From Malacoraja senta (Eukaryota): DNA of 64,000 bases. A model generated the notes under the pieces. The model was not told the origin of the DNA. It ran no database searches and saw nothing but the letters and a program-made list of their open reading frames with translations. The stretch is from the NCBI GenBank assembly GCA_038087875.1, contig CM075988.1, forward strand, positions 24,864,001 to 24,928,000, given 5' to 3'. Position 1 is the first letter of the stretch. Every line of letters begins with the position of its first letter. The position numbers and the translations under genes are program-made. Below are positions 63,941 through 64,000 of this stretch, one piece after another.

Positions 63941-64000
63941 CCATTTCTGGCCTGATGTTCATGGGCTAAGCATTTCCCAGCAGGGGTCAGTATATAATTA

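Overview
Eukaryotic, repeat-rich, essentially non-coding DNA. The repeat repertoire (HE1/V-SINEs with CR1/HER1-type tails, Deu-domain SINEs, L2, Rex1/Babar, L1, Tx1, Penelope-like elements) points to a cartilaginous fish, probably a skate or ray; this is inferred from family recognition, not a database search. No intact protein-coding gene is present: long ORFs are either LINE/PLE remnants or artefacts of a 1.7-kb (GT)n satellite. The unique DNA between repeats holds homeobox/octamer-rich CNE-like blocks and at least three + strand ATG-to-phase-1-donor segments. These look like alternative first exons of one large unidentified gene. Most notable are: (1) about 25 short Penelope-derived insertions, many carrying a minimal hammerhead ribozyme core (CUGAnGA-stem II-GAAACGUH), often in inverted or tandem arrangement with 11-17 bp TSDs; (2) a ~1.8-kb composite PLE-bounded insertion with ~310-bp direct repeats; (3) an L1 with a clean twin-priming 5' inversion; (4) three foldback PIF/Harbinger MITEs; (5) a Gypsy integrase relic; (6) a strand-polarised GGGTTAA motif array. 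Repeat boundaries were read by eye and are approximate unless a TSD is given.
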